A stretch of 64,000 nt of DNA, taken from an uncultured bacterium. GTDB taxonomy: Bacteria; Verrucomicrobiota; Verrucomicrobiia; Limisphaerales; UBA8199. Each line of letters begins with the position of its first letter. Within the stretch, counting starts at the first letter, position 1. The stretch spans positions 1 through 64,000 of the forward strand of contig CAVVMW010000001.1 of NCBI GenBank assembly GCA_963749495.1. The letters run 5' to 3'. The notes below the pieces were generated by a model, which saw only the letters and a list, made by a program, of their open reading frames with translations, made no database searches and had not been told where the DNA came from. Positions 10,980 through 21,309 of this stretch are shown here, in pieces. The position numbers and the translations under genes were made by a program.

Positions 10980-11199
10980 TTAATGCGCGGCGGGCCTCGG
11001 TCATGGCTTGCTCGGCAGGAATGCCTCTCTCGGCGCCGGAGCGGATTTCCTTCACGCGCCGTTCGATTTCCGCCCCCCAAGCCGCTCCCAGTTGAGGATC
11101 GGCGTAATCGTCAATGCTCTCAATGATTCTTTCCGCCAACCGCACGCGCGAGCGCGGCGGGAGATCCAGAACTTCTTTTTCCAACACCCGAAGTGTCAT
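10942..11199 (-). CDS. Addiction module antitoxin (TIGR02574-like)
   Basis: LDLPPRSRVRLAERIIESID and AAWGAEIERRVKEIRSG; upstream of and overlapping the toxin. Confidence 0.82.
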   Translation of the reverse strand: MTLRVLEKEVLDLPPRSRVRLAERIIESIDDYADPQLGAAWGAEIERRVKEIRSGAERGIPAEQAMTEARRALNEARRLPSARRK

Positions 11200-11251
11200 A
11201 ACCTGGATATCATGCCCTGGATGTTGCCCTGCAACCAATCGAATTTCGAGT

Positions 11252-11918
11252 TTAATCCGGATTATCCTTGAGCCACTGGTTAACTTTGGCCTGCCAGGCG
11301 GGCCAATCGGTGTGATAATCCTCCTCCAGGAAGAGTTGGAGGATGTCCTTGGCCTCGCCGGCCTTGGGGTGTTGGGGGTCGCGGGCGATGTCGAGCAAGG
11401 TGGGCAGCTTGAGGCTGTTGGGCCGGTTCAGGACATCCCCCACCAGCACGTCCAGCACCGGTTCGGGCAAGGTGGTGTTTGTCACGAATTGCTTGAGGGC
11501 GGCGTAATCCTGGTCGGCCACGAGGTTCGACAGATGTTCGGGCCACCTCGACCTGGCCTTGCTCGGGCACGCGCGGGAACAGCTCGAGCAACTTTCTGGC
11601 CTTGTCCGCCTCCGGGGCATCGGAGGTGAGGATCTCATCGACCCGGTCTTCCCAGTTCGTGACGAGATCGCCGGGCGGGATGGGCATGACAGGGCCAACT
11701 GCTTCCTGCGGCCGGGTTGAAGGGCCCGTGGAGCCTGTGCCCGGTTGGTCCGGAGGCCGAACGGTGTCTTTGGCAATGGCCGGCGCCGGCGGAACGGTCA
11801 CCGAGGTCCGGGAGTCCGGGTGCGAACCGCCGCTGCCCAGCCAACCCAGCCAAATGCCCAATAAAACCACTCCGGCGATGATGCCGGCAATCTTCAGTAA
11901 TCTCACAACCGTGCTCAT
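11252..11918 (-). CDS. Hypothetical membrane-anchored protein (frameshift near 11540)
   Basis: N-terminal TM in ORF 11280..11918; helical globular C-part in ORF 11252..11776. Confidence 0.6.
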
Positions 11919-12031
11919 CTTTTGACTCGACGCCCCATCCGCAGGCGCGCCGTCGCGCGGACAGCCGTCTCACAAACCCTTTCAGGGCCGGTCAATATAC
12001 ACCGGCCGGGGCGGGAAGTTGCGGGGGATCT

Positions 12032-12149
12032 CTAGAGTCCTTGAATTTCCAAACATGATGCAGACAGGTCAAGTTTGTGGCACGGGCATCCTGCCCGTGG
12101 TGGCTTGGGCAAGATGCCCAAGCCACGGTCTGAGGCCCCGCCTCGCTAG
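12032..12149 (+). mobile_element. 114-bp CTAG-flanked non-autonomous repeat, copy 1 (right CTAG contains the gspD stop codon)
   Basis: CTAGAGTCCTTGAATTT...GTGGCACGGGCATCCTGCCCGTG...GCCTCGCTAG; near-identical to the copies at 21167 and 27161. Confidence 0.85.
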
Positions 12150-15100
12150 CCCTTGCCTTGTTTCTTGGGGCCGTGGTTGCCGGGGAGGGGCTCTTTGCGG
12201 ATGTCCCAGTCTCTGACGTTGGGGACTTTGCGATAGGTATCGTCCAGGAGGTCCTGGGCCTCTCGGGGGGTGCGGGTGACTTTGGGGCGCATGAAGACCA
12301 TCAGTTCGACCTCATTGGCCTCCTTGTCTCTCTTTTTGAAGGCCCAACCCAGGCCCGGGATGTCGCCGAGAATGGGGGTCTTGCGGAGGATGTCGGTGAT
12401 CTGCTTTTGAATGATGCCGCCCAGGACAACGGTTTGGCCGTTCTTGGCGGTCAGGTCGGTGCGGAAGGCGCGGGTGTCGAACACGAAGCCTTGGAGCACG
12501 ATCAGGCCCGGAACGATGGTCGAGGATTCAGCGTGGATTTGCAGTTCGACATCGCCGGAGGAGTTGATGTGGGGGGTGACTTCGAGGACGACGCCAACCG
12601 GTTTGTAGCCGAAAACGGTCTGCTGGGAGCCGATGCCCGAGAAAGTGTTCCCGGTAGGGATGGGCACTTGCTGGCCGACGAAGAGCCGGCCGGTTTCGTT
12701 GTCGCGGATGTTGATCTGGGGTTCGGCCAGGACCTTGGCATCGGTAGTCCGGCGCATGAACTGGATGAGGAAGTCCATGCTGATGGTGCTGTCCAGGACG
12801 CCGGAGCGGATGACGCTCAGGGGATTCACAACGCTTGTTCCCCCGAAGCCTGTCTTGTACTCGCCGCTGTTATGGAGTTGGATCGAGTTGTCATAATCAT
12901 CGCCGGAGAATTGTTGGTCCGGCTGCGGGGACCAACGGACACCGAGCCGGTCGATCTTATCGGTGGAGACTTCGACGAGCCTGGCCTCGATGAGGACCTG
13001 GTCGGTGGCGGCGTCCAATTCCTCGACGAGTTTGAGGATCTGGGGGAAGAAATGGACGTTGGCGGAGAGGAGCAGGGCGTTGCTGCGGGGGTCGGGCACG
13101 CAACGGACGCGCCCGACGAGGTCGCTGACGGGGCGTGCGTTGCTGCGGCCGTCGGAGGTGCGCAGGTTGTCGGGTTGGCCGCCGATCCAGGGATAATAGC
13201 CCTCCTCCTTGGTCTCCTGTTGGATGTCGAACCCGGCGAGGGCGGTGCCGCTCTGCTGGTTGTTTTGCTGCTGCTGTTGCTGCAGGTTGGGTTGGTTGGG
13301 CTGCCCCTGCTGGTTGACCGGGCGCACGGGGGGTGAGCCGTTCTTGGCGAAGAGGATGTTGATGCTGTTGCAGACGACGGCGGCCTTGGCGAAACGCAGC
13401 CCGATGCGGAGCGTGCTCTCGCCCTGTTCGGAGGGGGCATCCAACTGCTTGATGACCTCCTCGACGGCGGCCAGGCTCTCCTTGGAATTCGATGTGATGA
13501 TGAGCGAGTTGGAATAGGGCTCGCTGGTGATGCGGACCTTGCCGTAGAGGCGCCCGACGTTCTTGTCGGCCTGAGGCTCCTGGTAATCAGAAAAGAAATC
13601 GAAGTAGCTGCGCTGTTGCGTCTTCTTGAGGAACAGTTCGTTGAGGACGTCTTCGAGGTCCACGGCGCTGACGTACTTGAGGCGGAAAATGCGCGGCGCC
13701 AGGCTGTCGTCGGTAATGGGCTCGTCCAGTTCCTGGATCATCTTGGTGATGCCCTCCATCTCGGCGGGCGGGGCCTGGATGACCAGGGAGTTGCGGCGGC
13801 GATCGGCCACGACACTCATCTTCTTGCGGTTGCGGTCTGAGGAGGAGGACGAACCGAAGAAATAGTAGTAGGGGTAGCGGTTGCCGCCCTGCTCCTGGTT
13901 GAGGTCCTGGAGTTGCTTGGCCACGTCCTCGGCATCGGCGTTCTTGAGGATGAAGGAGCGCACGATCTTTTCCTGGGCCTCTTCGGTATCGAGGGAGGTC
14001 ACGAGTTTCTCGATGGCCTTGAAATTGGCCTCGCTCGACAGGACGATGAGCGAGTTGGAGCGGTCATTGGCCCCGACCTCGACGACGTCCTTGTGGGTCC
14101 GGCCGCCAATCTTCTGGTAGAGGGGGGCGATCTCCTTGACCAGGTCAACGGCGGTGACGTTCTTGAGCGGGATAACGCGCACGCAGACGTCCTCCGGCTT
14201 TTCGGTGTCCAGGATGTCGATCAGCCTCTGCACCTCGGCCTGCTTGGACTTGGCCGCGGACACGATCAAACGGTTGGCCACTTTGTCCGGCCAGATCCGG
14301 ACCTGGGGCGCGGTAATCTGGCTGCCGATGCCCGGACCCGAAGGGCCGCTGGGGGCAGAACTAGGAGGTGACGGGCGCCCCCCGGGCCCGCCGCCGGCCA
14401 TCCTGACCGACATGCTCATGGGACCCTCGCCGCCAGGACTGCTGGGAGACGGGCCGCCGCCGCCGCCACCACCGCCCTCGCCGCCACCACCGCCGCCACC
14501 AGACGGAGGCTTGGCGGCAGCCCCGGTGGCCCCGTTGAGGATCATCCCAATGAGATTGCCCACCTCTTCGGCGTCAGTGTGCTTGAGGACATAGATCTGG
14601 ATAGCCAGGTCCGAGGCGGGCACGTCGAACTCCTTGATCAACTCGGCCAGGAACCGCAGGTTGTCGTTGTAATCGGTGACGATGACCTGTTTGGCCAGGT
14701 CGTCGCACTCGATGACGCCTTTGTCCGAAAGGACTGCGCGGACTTTCTCTTTCAACTCGGCCGGTTGGATGTGGCGGAGGGTGAAGATCTTCACCAGGCG
14801 CTGCCTGCCATCGGGGATATCCTTGCGGCCAGCGTCCAGGAGTTCGGGGCTGAGCTTGGGTTCCTGGCCCTCGGGCGTGATATAGATGGCGTTGGCCGTC
14901 TCCGTGGCGGTGAAGCCCTCGATGGCCAGGGCGCGATAGACCAGGCTGATGGCCTCGCGTTTAGCGAGCTTTTTGGAGCTGGTGATCATGAGCATGCACT
15001 GGACCTTGGGGCTTTTGATGACCGTCTTGCCCGTGTTTTGGGCCAGCCACTGCACCACCATCTCCACGGGCGCCCCCATCAGGCTCAACTGGACCTCGTC

Positions 15101-15478
15101 CGAGGCTGCGGCGTTGGTGGCCGCGGCGGCGTTGGCGGCGGCGTTGGTGGCCGCAGCGGGGGCGTTGGTGGCGGTGGCGGCGCTCGTGGCGGCGTTAGTG
15201 GGGGCGGTTGCAGGGTCTGACGCGTCGGACGGGTCGGACCGGTCCGACGGGGCCCTAGTCGCCCTGGGAGTAACGGCCTCGGGCGCGTTGGTGCCCGGCG
15301 TCGCCGCCGGGTCCGTGGCGCTCTGGGCCGGGGCCGTTTTCTCGGAGGCTGTTGTCTTGCTGTCTTGAGCGGTCCCCCTGGAGAGCAGGCCGCCGATCAG
15401 CAACACCGCGAGCAAGCCCAGACCCAGAACGGCCAAGGCGCGCCCTGACTTTACATTGAGATTCGGTAGTGGTTTCAT
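12146..15478 (-). CDS. gspD: Type II secretion system secretin
   Basis: Repeated secretin N-domains; secretin core QVLIEARLVEV, GVVLEVTPHIN, GQTVVLGGII, PILGDIPGLGWAFK, ELMVFMRPKV. Confidence 0.93.
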   Translation of the reverse strand: MKPLPNLNVKSGRALAVLGLGLLAVLLIGGLLSRGTAQDSKTTASEKTAPAQSATDPAATPGTNAPEAVTPRATRAPSDRSDPSDASDPATAPTNAATSAATATNAPAAATNAAANAAAATNAAASDEVQLSLMGAPVEMVVQWLAQNTGKTVIKSPKVQCMLMITSSKKLAKREAISLVYRALAIEGFTATETANAIYITPEGQEPKLSPELLDAGRKDIPDGRQRLVKIFTLRHIQPAELKEKVRAVLSDKGVIECDDLAKQVIVTDYNDNLRFLAELIKEFDVPASDLAIQIYVLKHTDAEEVGNLIGMILNGATGAAAKPPSGGGGGGGEGGGGGGGGPSPSSPGGEGPMSMSVRMAGGGPGGRPSPPSSAPSGPSGPGIGSQITAPQVRIWPDKVANRLIVSAAKSKQAEVQRLIDILDTEKPEDVCVRVIPLKNVTAVDLVKEIAPLYQKIGGRTHKDVVEVGANDRSNSLIVLSSEANFKAIEKLVTSLDTEEAQEKIVRSFILKNADAEDVAKQLQDLNQEQGGNRYPYYYFFGSSSSSDRNRKKMSVVADRRRNSLVIQAPPAEMEGITKMIQELDEPITDDSLAPRIFRLKYVSAVDLEDVLNELFLKKTQQRSYFDFFSDYQEPQADKNVGRLYGKVRITSEPYSNSLIITSNSKESLAAVEEVIKQLDAPSEQGESTLRIGLRFAKAAVVCNSINILFAKNGSPPVRPVNQQGQPNQPNLQQQQQQNNQQSGTALAGFDIQQETKEEGYYPWIGGQPDNLRTSDGRSNARPVSDLVGRVRCVPDPRSNALLLSANVHFFPQILKLVEELDAATDQVLIEARLVEVSTDKIDRLGVRWSPQPDQQFSGDDYDNSIQLHNSGEYKTGFGGTSVVNPLSVIRSGVLDSTISMDFLIQFMRRTTDAKVLAEPQINIRDNETGRLFVGQQVPIPTGNTFSGIGSQQTVFGYKPVGVVLEVTPHINSSGDVELQIHAESSTIVPGLIVLQGFVFDTRAFRTDLTAKNGQTVVLGGIIQKQITDILRKTPILGDIPGLGWAFKKRDKEANEVELMVFMRPKVTRTPREAQDLLDDTYRKVPNVRDWDIRKEPLPGNHGPKKQGKG

Positions 15479-16362
15479 TTAGGACTATCGGTTTGAGTTG
15501 ATAAAAGTGACTCGCTGCCAAGACCCGAAAAGAGGCTCAATTCTTTCTTCTCGCCCGCCTCCTCGACGAGGACGCGGTTGATGCCCAGCTTCAAGACCTT
15601 GACGCCGCCCAGTTCGTCGCCTTCCTTGACTGCGCCGGTCTGGCCGTTGGGCGCGCGCAGCAGGGCCTCCCGGCCGAGCATCCCCAGCAGCGCCAGCGGC
15701 TGCGGGTGCATCACCGGCGCCAACAGCTCGCTCTCGATGATCTGGTCCACGCGGGCCTGGACCTCCGGCGGCAGGGGCGGACCCATGGCCATCATGCCCG
15801 GCGGCCCTCCCGGGAATGGGCCGGCATTTATGCCCGCGCGGGCCCCAGCGGGACGGCCAGCGAGATTGGCCCTGGCCGCCTTGCCCGCGGGCGGCGCCGC
15901 TGAGGCATTGGTTGCCTGGGCCAGAGTGTTGGTGCCTTTGGCCGGGGCCTCCTGGCGTGGGGCGTTGGTCGAGGACAGAGCGGTTTGCGCGAGGGCGTTG
16001 GTAGTCTTGGCGGGACCGGCATTGGTGTTGGGCGCCGGATTGGTCTGATGGGCCAGGGTGTTGGTTGCCTTGGCGGCGTTGGTTGAAGCGTCAGACCTGT
16101 CAGACGAGTCGGACCGGTCCGACTTGGCTTTGGCCGCCTTGGCGGTGTTGGTTGCGGAAAGGGCATTGGTCGCTGCTTTGCTGGACGGCTGCGTGGCCGC
16201 GGCTCCCGCCGGGCTGTTTGAGGAGGCCAGGTGGGGCAGGGCCGGTATCCGCGCGTCCCCCAGCGGGTCGCTGCGGTGTAGGGCGCGGGCCACCTGCAAG
16301 ACCACTATGGCGCCCACGCCGGCGCACAGGATCTTGAATATCGTTTCGCTGCGCTCAAACAT
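15475..16362 (-). CDS. T2SS accessory protein, GspC-like by position and architecture
   Basis: N-terminal TM, long Ala/Thr/Asn linker, short C-terminal beta domain (VKEGDELGGVKVLKLGINRVLVE); coupled to gspD. Confidence 0.55.
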   Translation of the reverse strand: MFERSETIFKILCAGVGAIVVLQVARALHRSDPLGDARIPALPHLASSNSPAGAAATQPSSKAATNALSATNTAKAAKAKSDRSDSSDRSDASTNAAKATNTLAHQTNPAPNTNAGPAKTTNALAQTALSSTNAPRQEAPAKGTNTLAQATNASAAPPAGKAARANLAGRPAGARAGINAGPFPGGPPGMMAMGPPLPPEVQARVDQIIESELLAPVMHPQPLALLGMLGREALLRAPNGQTGAVKEGDELGGVKVLKLGINRVLVEEAGEKKELSLFSGLGSESLLSTQTDSPK

Positions 16363-17113
16363 GGCTGGCCTCCTTCTTCCACTGGTCGAAATCCAGGATG
16401 ACGATCGTCAGGTTGAGTTTGATGGGGAGCGGCGGGCCGCCCATGCCGGGGAGCCCGCCCATGCCCGGGGGCCCGCCCATACCCGGAAGCCCGCCCATAC
16501 CCGGGGGCCCGCCCATACGCGGGAGCCCGCCCATATCCGGGGGCCCGCCCATGCCTGGACGGCCGCCCATGGCGGCTCCCCTGGGTCCGCCCGCTCCCCC
16601 AGGACCGCCGGGTCCGCCCGGTTTGTTTTGGTCCGAGCCAATCTGGAGTGTTTCGATGATGAGGGGAAACCCAAGGCTCTCGGTCTGGTGCAGGAATTTC
16701 AGGAGGGAGGGCAAGGGACCCGTGGCCTCGAGCTGCAGCGAGGCCAGTTCGCGGTTGGCGGGGCGTCCTGGCATCTCGCGCACGGGACCGATCCGGACCC
16801 CGACGCTCATGGCGGCCTTTTGGATGGCGGCGCTGGCCTGAACGACCACGGCCGGGCGCGCCAGCTTGAGCGGATCCATCTTGAAGCCATCCATCAGTTT
16901 CTGGGTCACCTCGCACTTGGCGCGGTAGCCTCCGATTTCCGTTCTGAGGATTTGTGCCTGCTTGACCAGGCCCTGGTACTCGGCGCGCCTTTGCCCGAAG
17001 TACTTGCTGCCCTGGAGAGTGCAGAACACCAGGAGATAAATGGCGAGCGCCCCCGCGCCGAGGCGGATCGTGCGTTTTTCTTGGGGAGTGAGTTTGCGCA
17101 TAACATTGACCAA
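16355..17113 (-). CDS. GspM/PilO-like inner-membrane protein with a Gly/Pro/Met repeat insert
   Basis: KLTPQEKR + TM + coiled coil + LEATG..SLLKFL; 18-nt repeats encoding GGPPGM/GGLPGM at about 16440-16570. Confidence 0.65.
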   Translation of the reverse strand: MVNVMRKLTPQEKRTIRLGAGALAIYLLVFCTLQGSKYFGQRRAEYQGLVKQAQILRTEIGGYRAKCEVTQKLMDGFKMDPLKLARPAVVVQASAAIQKAAMSVGVRIGPVREMPGRPANRELASLQLEATGPLPSLLKFLHQTESLGFPLIIETLQIGSDQNKPGGPGGPGGAGGPRGAAMGGRPGMGGPPDMGGLPRMGGPPGMGGLPGMGGPPGMGGLPGMGGPPLPIKLNLTIVILDFDQWKKEASHV

Positions 17114-18919
17114 TTATTTAACGGGGACCGGAGACGGGGCCGTTTGGGGCGGCGCGGCCGCTTCCGCCTCGGGCGCCCGCGTTTGGGGACTGTCGGCAGC
17201 GGCGATGGGCCTCTGGCGCGCAGGGGACGCGGCCACGCCCTGGGGCGGTATTGCGGCCGGGGCGGGCGCCCCGGGCGGGGTCTCCTTGCCCGCCGGCTTG
17301 GCCTTGTCCATTTGGCTCGCGGCGGCGGCGAAGGCCTCGCGCCCACCCGCCGCCTTCCATTGCGCGCTCATCCGCACCATGAGCATTGGCTGCCCGCCGC
17401 CCGCCGACGGGGTCTGTTCCTCGACGACGACGTTGGTGAAGCAACCCGAGTCGAGCAATTTCGAGCGAAAATCAGCCACCTGCTGCGCGTCCTTGAGCGA
17501 GCCGCGCCAGGAGACTTCGCCGCGGCGGTTCATCGAAAGGAGGTCGAGTTTGAGCCCGGGCGGGGCGGCCTTGGCCATGACGAACACGGCGTCCAAATAA
17601 GGCGGCTGGTTTTGCTTGAGGAACCGCAGGAAGTCGAGCTCGCGGTCCACAGTGCCGAGTCTCTCCTTCTGGACTTTGACGGCGGCGAGTTTGCCGGCCA
17701 GGCGCGGTTTGAGCAGCAGGGCCTCGGCATAAGGCACCGCCAGGGCGGCCAGGATGAGCGCCACCGCCAGGGCGGCCCACTTGAGCGGGGCCGGGCGCGC
17801 CACCCGCGCGCCGCCGTTGGCGGACTTGGTCTCGAAGATCAGCGAGGGCCAGTCGCCGTCGCGCTCGATGATCTGCTTGAGGCCAAGAATGGCGGCGGAG
17901 CGGCCCTCGCCCGGGGCCAGCTTCAGGGCCTCGCATTCCGTGCCAGTGCCGAGGGCGGCGGCCAATTGAGAGGCCAGGTCCGGACGCCAGCCGGTGGCGC
18001 CGGTCAGATAGAGCTTGCGGCCGGCCAACTGGCCGTCGAGCGCGCCGGCCAGGCCATCCAGAGACGCCACAGCTCCAGTCTGCGCGGCGGGCCGGGCCGG
18101 GCCGTCCCCCGCCAATCCAGGGGCCGGCGCCGCGGGGGCGCGTCCTGATGCAGCCTCCGGGGCGCGCCCGTCCTCGGGTGCAGCCGGGTCGGCCGGGGCA
18201 AGCGCGCTGGGGTGTGTGTCCGCCAACCCGCCTGCGGACGCGGCTGCGCCCGAGGCCAGGCGCACCACAGGCTGGGCCTGGGCGAGGTCCTGGCCGCCCC
18301 AGGGCAACACCCGGACCGTCACCGGGACTCCTTGCTCGAAGATGGCCAACTCGGAAGAGCGCTGGCCAAGGTCCAGGACGGCGTAGCTGGCGGGCGGGCG
18401 GGGGCAGAGATAACTGCGGGCCAAGGCCGCCAGGGTGAAGACGGGGCTGGCGTTGCAGGCAGCGAGGATCTTGACGTAGTCCTCGAGGGTCTCGCGTTTG
18501 ATCGCGGCGACCAGCAGTTGCTGCTTGCCATTGACGCCGTTGGCGGTGGACCTGGCCTCGCCCAGCTTGCGGTAGCCCCAGGCCAATTCGTCCGGGGGCA
18601 GGGGGAATTCGCTCTCGATTTGCAGCGAGAGCAGCCGGGGCAACTCGTCCTTGCCCGAGGCCGGCAGGGTGAGCCGCCGCAGAGTGATCCCCCGCGCCCC
18701 GAGGGCGCAGATCACCCGCAGGCGCGGGTGCCAGGACCGCCGCTTCAGAAAGGGCTCCAATCGCTGCGTCACACGCCCACGGCAGGCCTCGGTCAGCCGT
18801 CCGTCAGCCCGGCGCTCCAGCGGCAACTCCAGCCCCTCCTCTCTGCCCAGCGCCTTGAGCCAGTCCTGGCCGATCTCCAGGTAGTAACAGGACATATTCA
18901 TCAGGTCGAAACCGTTCAT
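17114..18919 (-). CDS. GspL / PilM-PilN-like fusion protein
   Basis: ATG at 18919 overlaps the gspK stop. Actin-like domain (LRRLTLP, QIESEFPLP, VLDLGQ), TM, PilN-like C-terminus. Confidence 0.7.
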   Translation of the reverse strand: MNGFDLMNMSCYYLEIGQDWLKALGREEGLELPLERRADGRLTEACRGRVTQRLEPFLKRRSWHPRLRVICALGARGITLRRLTLPASGKDELPRLLSLQIESEFPLPPDELAWGYRKLGEARSTANGVNGKQQLLVAAIKRETLEDYVKILAACNASPVFTLAALARSYLCPRPPASYAVLDLGQRSSELAIFEQGVPVTVRVLPWGGQDLAQAQPVVRLASGAAASAGGLADTHPSALAPADPAAPEDGRAPEAASGRAPAAPAPGLAGDGPARPAAQTGAVASLDGLAGALDGQLAGRKLYLTGATGWRPDLASQLAAALGTGTECEALKLAPGEGRSAAILGLKQIIERDGDWPSLIFETKSANGGARVARPAPLKWAALAVALILAALAVPYAEALLLKPRLAGKLAAVKVQKERLGTVDRELDFLRFLKQNQPPYLDAVFVMAKAAPPGLKLDLLSMNRRGEVSWRGSLKDAQQVADFRSKLLDSGCFTNVVVEEQTPSAGGGQPMLMVRMSAQWKAAGGREAFAAAASQMDKAKPAGKETPPGAPAPAAIPPQGVAASPARQRPIAAADSPQTRAPEAEAAAPPQTAPSPVPVK

Positions 18920-20350
18920 AGATCGTCCTCCCGGTAGGAGACAGTGGTGACAGAGCGCAGGCCGACATGCACGATCTCCAGGATCCGCTGCCGGGCGCCG
19001 GTGGAAGTGACTTTGCCCTCGCACAGGATGCGGAAGGTCTCGGAGCGGGCGGTGACGAGCGGGGCCAGTTGTTTGAACAGGTCCTGCGTCATGCCCTGCA
19101 CGCGCAACAACCCGGCGATGTTGGAAAAGAAACCGTTGGACTGCCGGAACGAGATGATCGCCTGGGCCAGCTCGCGCTGGACGCCCGGCAGGCAGATCAG
19201 CACCTCCAGGCTCGCCGTGTTGATGTTCACGACCCCGTCCAGGTCCGTGCCGTCCGCAACGGTCACGTCATCGGCGATATCCGCCAGCAAGCTCTGGCTG
19301 ATCACCTTCGGCCCGGAGGGATTATTGCCTGGGAAGTTGGCATTGGCCTGGCCGGGGGGCGCGGGCGCATTGGCGTCGCCCGGCGCGCCTGCGGGATTAT
19401 TGTTGTTGTTTTGCTGCGGGGCGGTCACGTCCAGCAGGTCGGCGATGCTTGAAAAACGGTTTTGGCCGCGCCAGGCGACAATAGCTTTGGCGATGTCCGG
19501 GGTGATTCCCCTGACGCCGGTCAGCGAGGCCTCGTCGGCGCTCTGGATGTTCACCCGGTCGGTCCCGGCGGCACTGACATTTTCCACCGAGGAATTGACC
19601 GTCAAGAGTCCGGCCCAGCCGGTGTCCAGGCTGTCGAGCCCCGTCCGCGAGCCTGGCCTCGTCCGAGGCCTCCAGCAACCCGTTCTGGTGGAAGTCCCGG
19701 CCCAGCAACAGGTCGCGGGAGATGCCGCGGATCATGAGCATCTCGCGGATGGTCTGCAGCGGGCCGTTGCGCGGCATATAGGGCGGCCGCAGCGACATGT
19801 AATAGTCCGCCTCGGCCCCGCCCGGGGTCACCTCGTTGTCGGCGTCGCGCCAATCGATGATGGCGGCGATGACATCGGGGGTCATGCCCTCCAGCTTGGC
19901 CAACTCCTCGTTCGAGGCCTGGTTGACGTTGAGGAGGCTCTGTTCGTCGCTGACACCGTAGAGGATGGCCCCGCCCTCGTCGGGCCGCGCGCGGCGCAAC
20001 ACCGAGAACTGGCCGCGGCCGAAGCGAACGTCGCGCAACTGCTCCGGGGCGTCGTAGAGCCTGCCGTTGTGGCTGACGGCGCTGCGGCTGCGCTCGCGGG
20101 CATCCTGGTAAAGCAGGGCCTTGGCCTTCTCGATGCCCGCCACAGCCAGGTAATGCGCCTGGACCTGGTCGCCGTAATTCTTGACCACCATCAGGTCCAT
20201 CCGCGAGAGGTGCAGCACACTGATGACGATGACCGACAGCAGGGCCATGCACCAAAGGACACCGACAAGGATGGAGGCAGTGTCAGAGCGGTCAGCGCGG
20301 TCAGACGAGTCGGACAGGTCGGACGGGTCGGACTGCAGGCACAGTCTCAT
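18916..20350 (-). CDS. gspK: Minor pseudopilin GspK with three HhH/ComEA-like motifs (frameshift near 19630)
   Basis: SILVGVLW helix, AHYLAVAGIE, AIIDWRDAD and PRNGPL; HhH-like LNVNQAS, VNIQSAD and VNINTAS. Confidence 0.85.
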
Positions 20351-21309
20351 GGATTGCCTCCCTGTGTCGGCCCCGCGGGTGTTTGGGCGGGAGCGGTCTG
20401 AGAGTTGTCGCTCGAGGCGCTTTTGGAGAGGCTCGACTCGACGGCAGCGGCCAGGTTCAAGCGGGCGACGGTCTGGAAGACCATTGGGGGCTCGTTGGTG
20501 CTGTCGGAGGCGGGGGCCGGGGCAAGGTCTCCGGCCTTCGTATCGGAGCGCAGCCAGAGGGTGATGCGCACGGCCTCGGGCAGCCCATAGAGGTTCGCAT
20601 GATAGCGCAGCGAGGTCTGGCGCTTGCCGTGGCCCTCGACGTCTCCCCAGGTCTCATACCATTCATACCCATCGGAGTACTCGAGCTGCAGCCCCGCCAC
20701 GCCGCGGGCCAACTCCTCGCGCATCCCGCCCGCCAGCGGGTCGGGGGCAATCAGCGGGTTGCGCCGCCGCCACAGCACCAACCCGCCATCCTTGGGGTCT
20801 TTGTCCAGGAAGTAGCTGACCTGGCAGAAGTCCCCTTCGCGGGGCCGGCGCGGGGTATAGTTGTGGGTCCCGAAATCCAGATTGTCGGCTTCGGCTCCCC
20901 CGATGGTGCGGTGCATGCCCAGAAACTCGGATTCCGGGGAGAGCGGGCAGGCCGCGCGCAGGTCCGCGCTCATCAGCGCCAGGACGACGCGGCCGGTTTG
21001 AATCACCTCGACGCGGGGCTCGATCAGTCTCTGGGTCGAGACCGCCGCGTGCAGGCACAAGTAGGCGCTCACCAGGATGACCGACATCAGCGAGGAGCTG
21101 ATGACCAACTCGATCAGCGTGAACGCCGCGCAGGGGCGTCGCGTCCCTTTAGTCCCTTTAGTCCCTCTAGCGAGGCTGCGCCTCAGACCGTGGCTCGGGC
21201 ATCCTGCCCAAGCCCTCACGGGCAGGATGCCCGTGCCACAAACTTGACCTGTCTGCATCACATTTTGAAATTTAAGGACTCTAGTCCCTTGCAATCCCCC
21301 GCCGTTCAT
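20347..21309 (-). CDS. gspJ: Minor pseudopilin GspJ; leader contains the 114-bp element in frame
   Basis: ATG at 21309 overlaps the gspI TGA; prepilin site AA|FTLIEL; C-terminal LPEAVRITL. Confidence 0.85.
   Translation of the reverse strand: MNGGGLQGTRVLKFQNVMQTGQVCGTGILPVRAWAGCPSHGLRRSLARGTKGTKGTRRPCAAFTLIELVISSSLMSVILVSAYLCLHAAVSTQRLIEPRVEVIQTGRVVLALMSADLRAACPLSPESEFLGMHRTIGGAEADNLDFGTHNYTPRRPREGDFCQVSYFLDKDPKDGGLVLWRRRNPLIAPDPLAGGMREELARGVAGLQLEYSDGYEWYETWGDVEGHGKRQTSLRYHANLYGLPEAVRITLWLRSDTKAGDLAPAPASDSTNEPPMVFQTVARLNLAAAVESSLSKSASSDNSQTAPAQTPAGPTQGGNP
21167..21284 (-). mobile_element. 114-bp CTAG-flanked repeat, copy 2 (in frame in the gspJ leader)
   Basis: CTAG at 21167-21170 and 21281-21284; reverse complement of copy 1. 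Confidence 0.88.

Noticed and set aside
16437..16570. 18-nt repeats in the GspM-like gene as a mobile repeat
   Set aside because: In frame with variation mostly at third codon positions, consistent with a Gly/Pro/Met protein linker.
385..18148. Long plus-strand ORFs (e.g. 385..1866, 5207..7393, 8256..10073, 16058..18148)
   Set aside because: Antisense shadows of well-supported minus-strand genes, expected at high GC.
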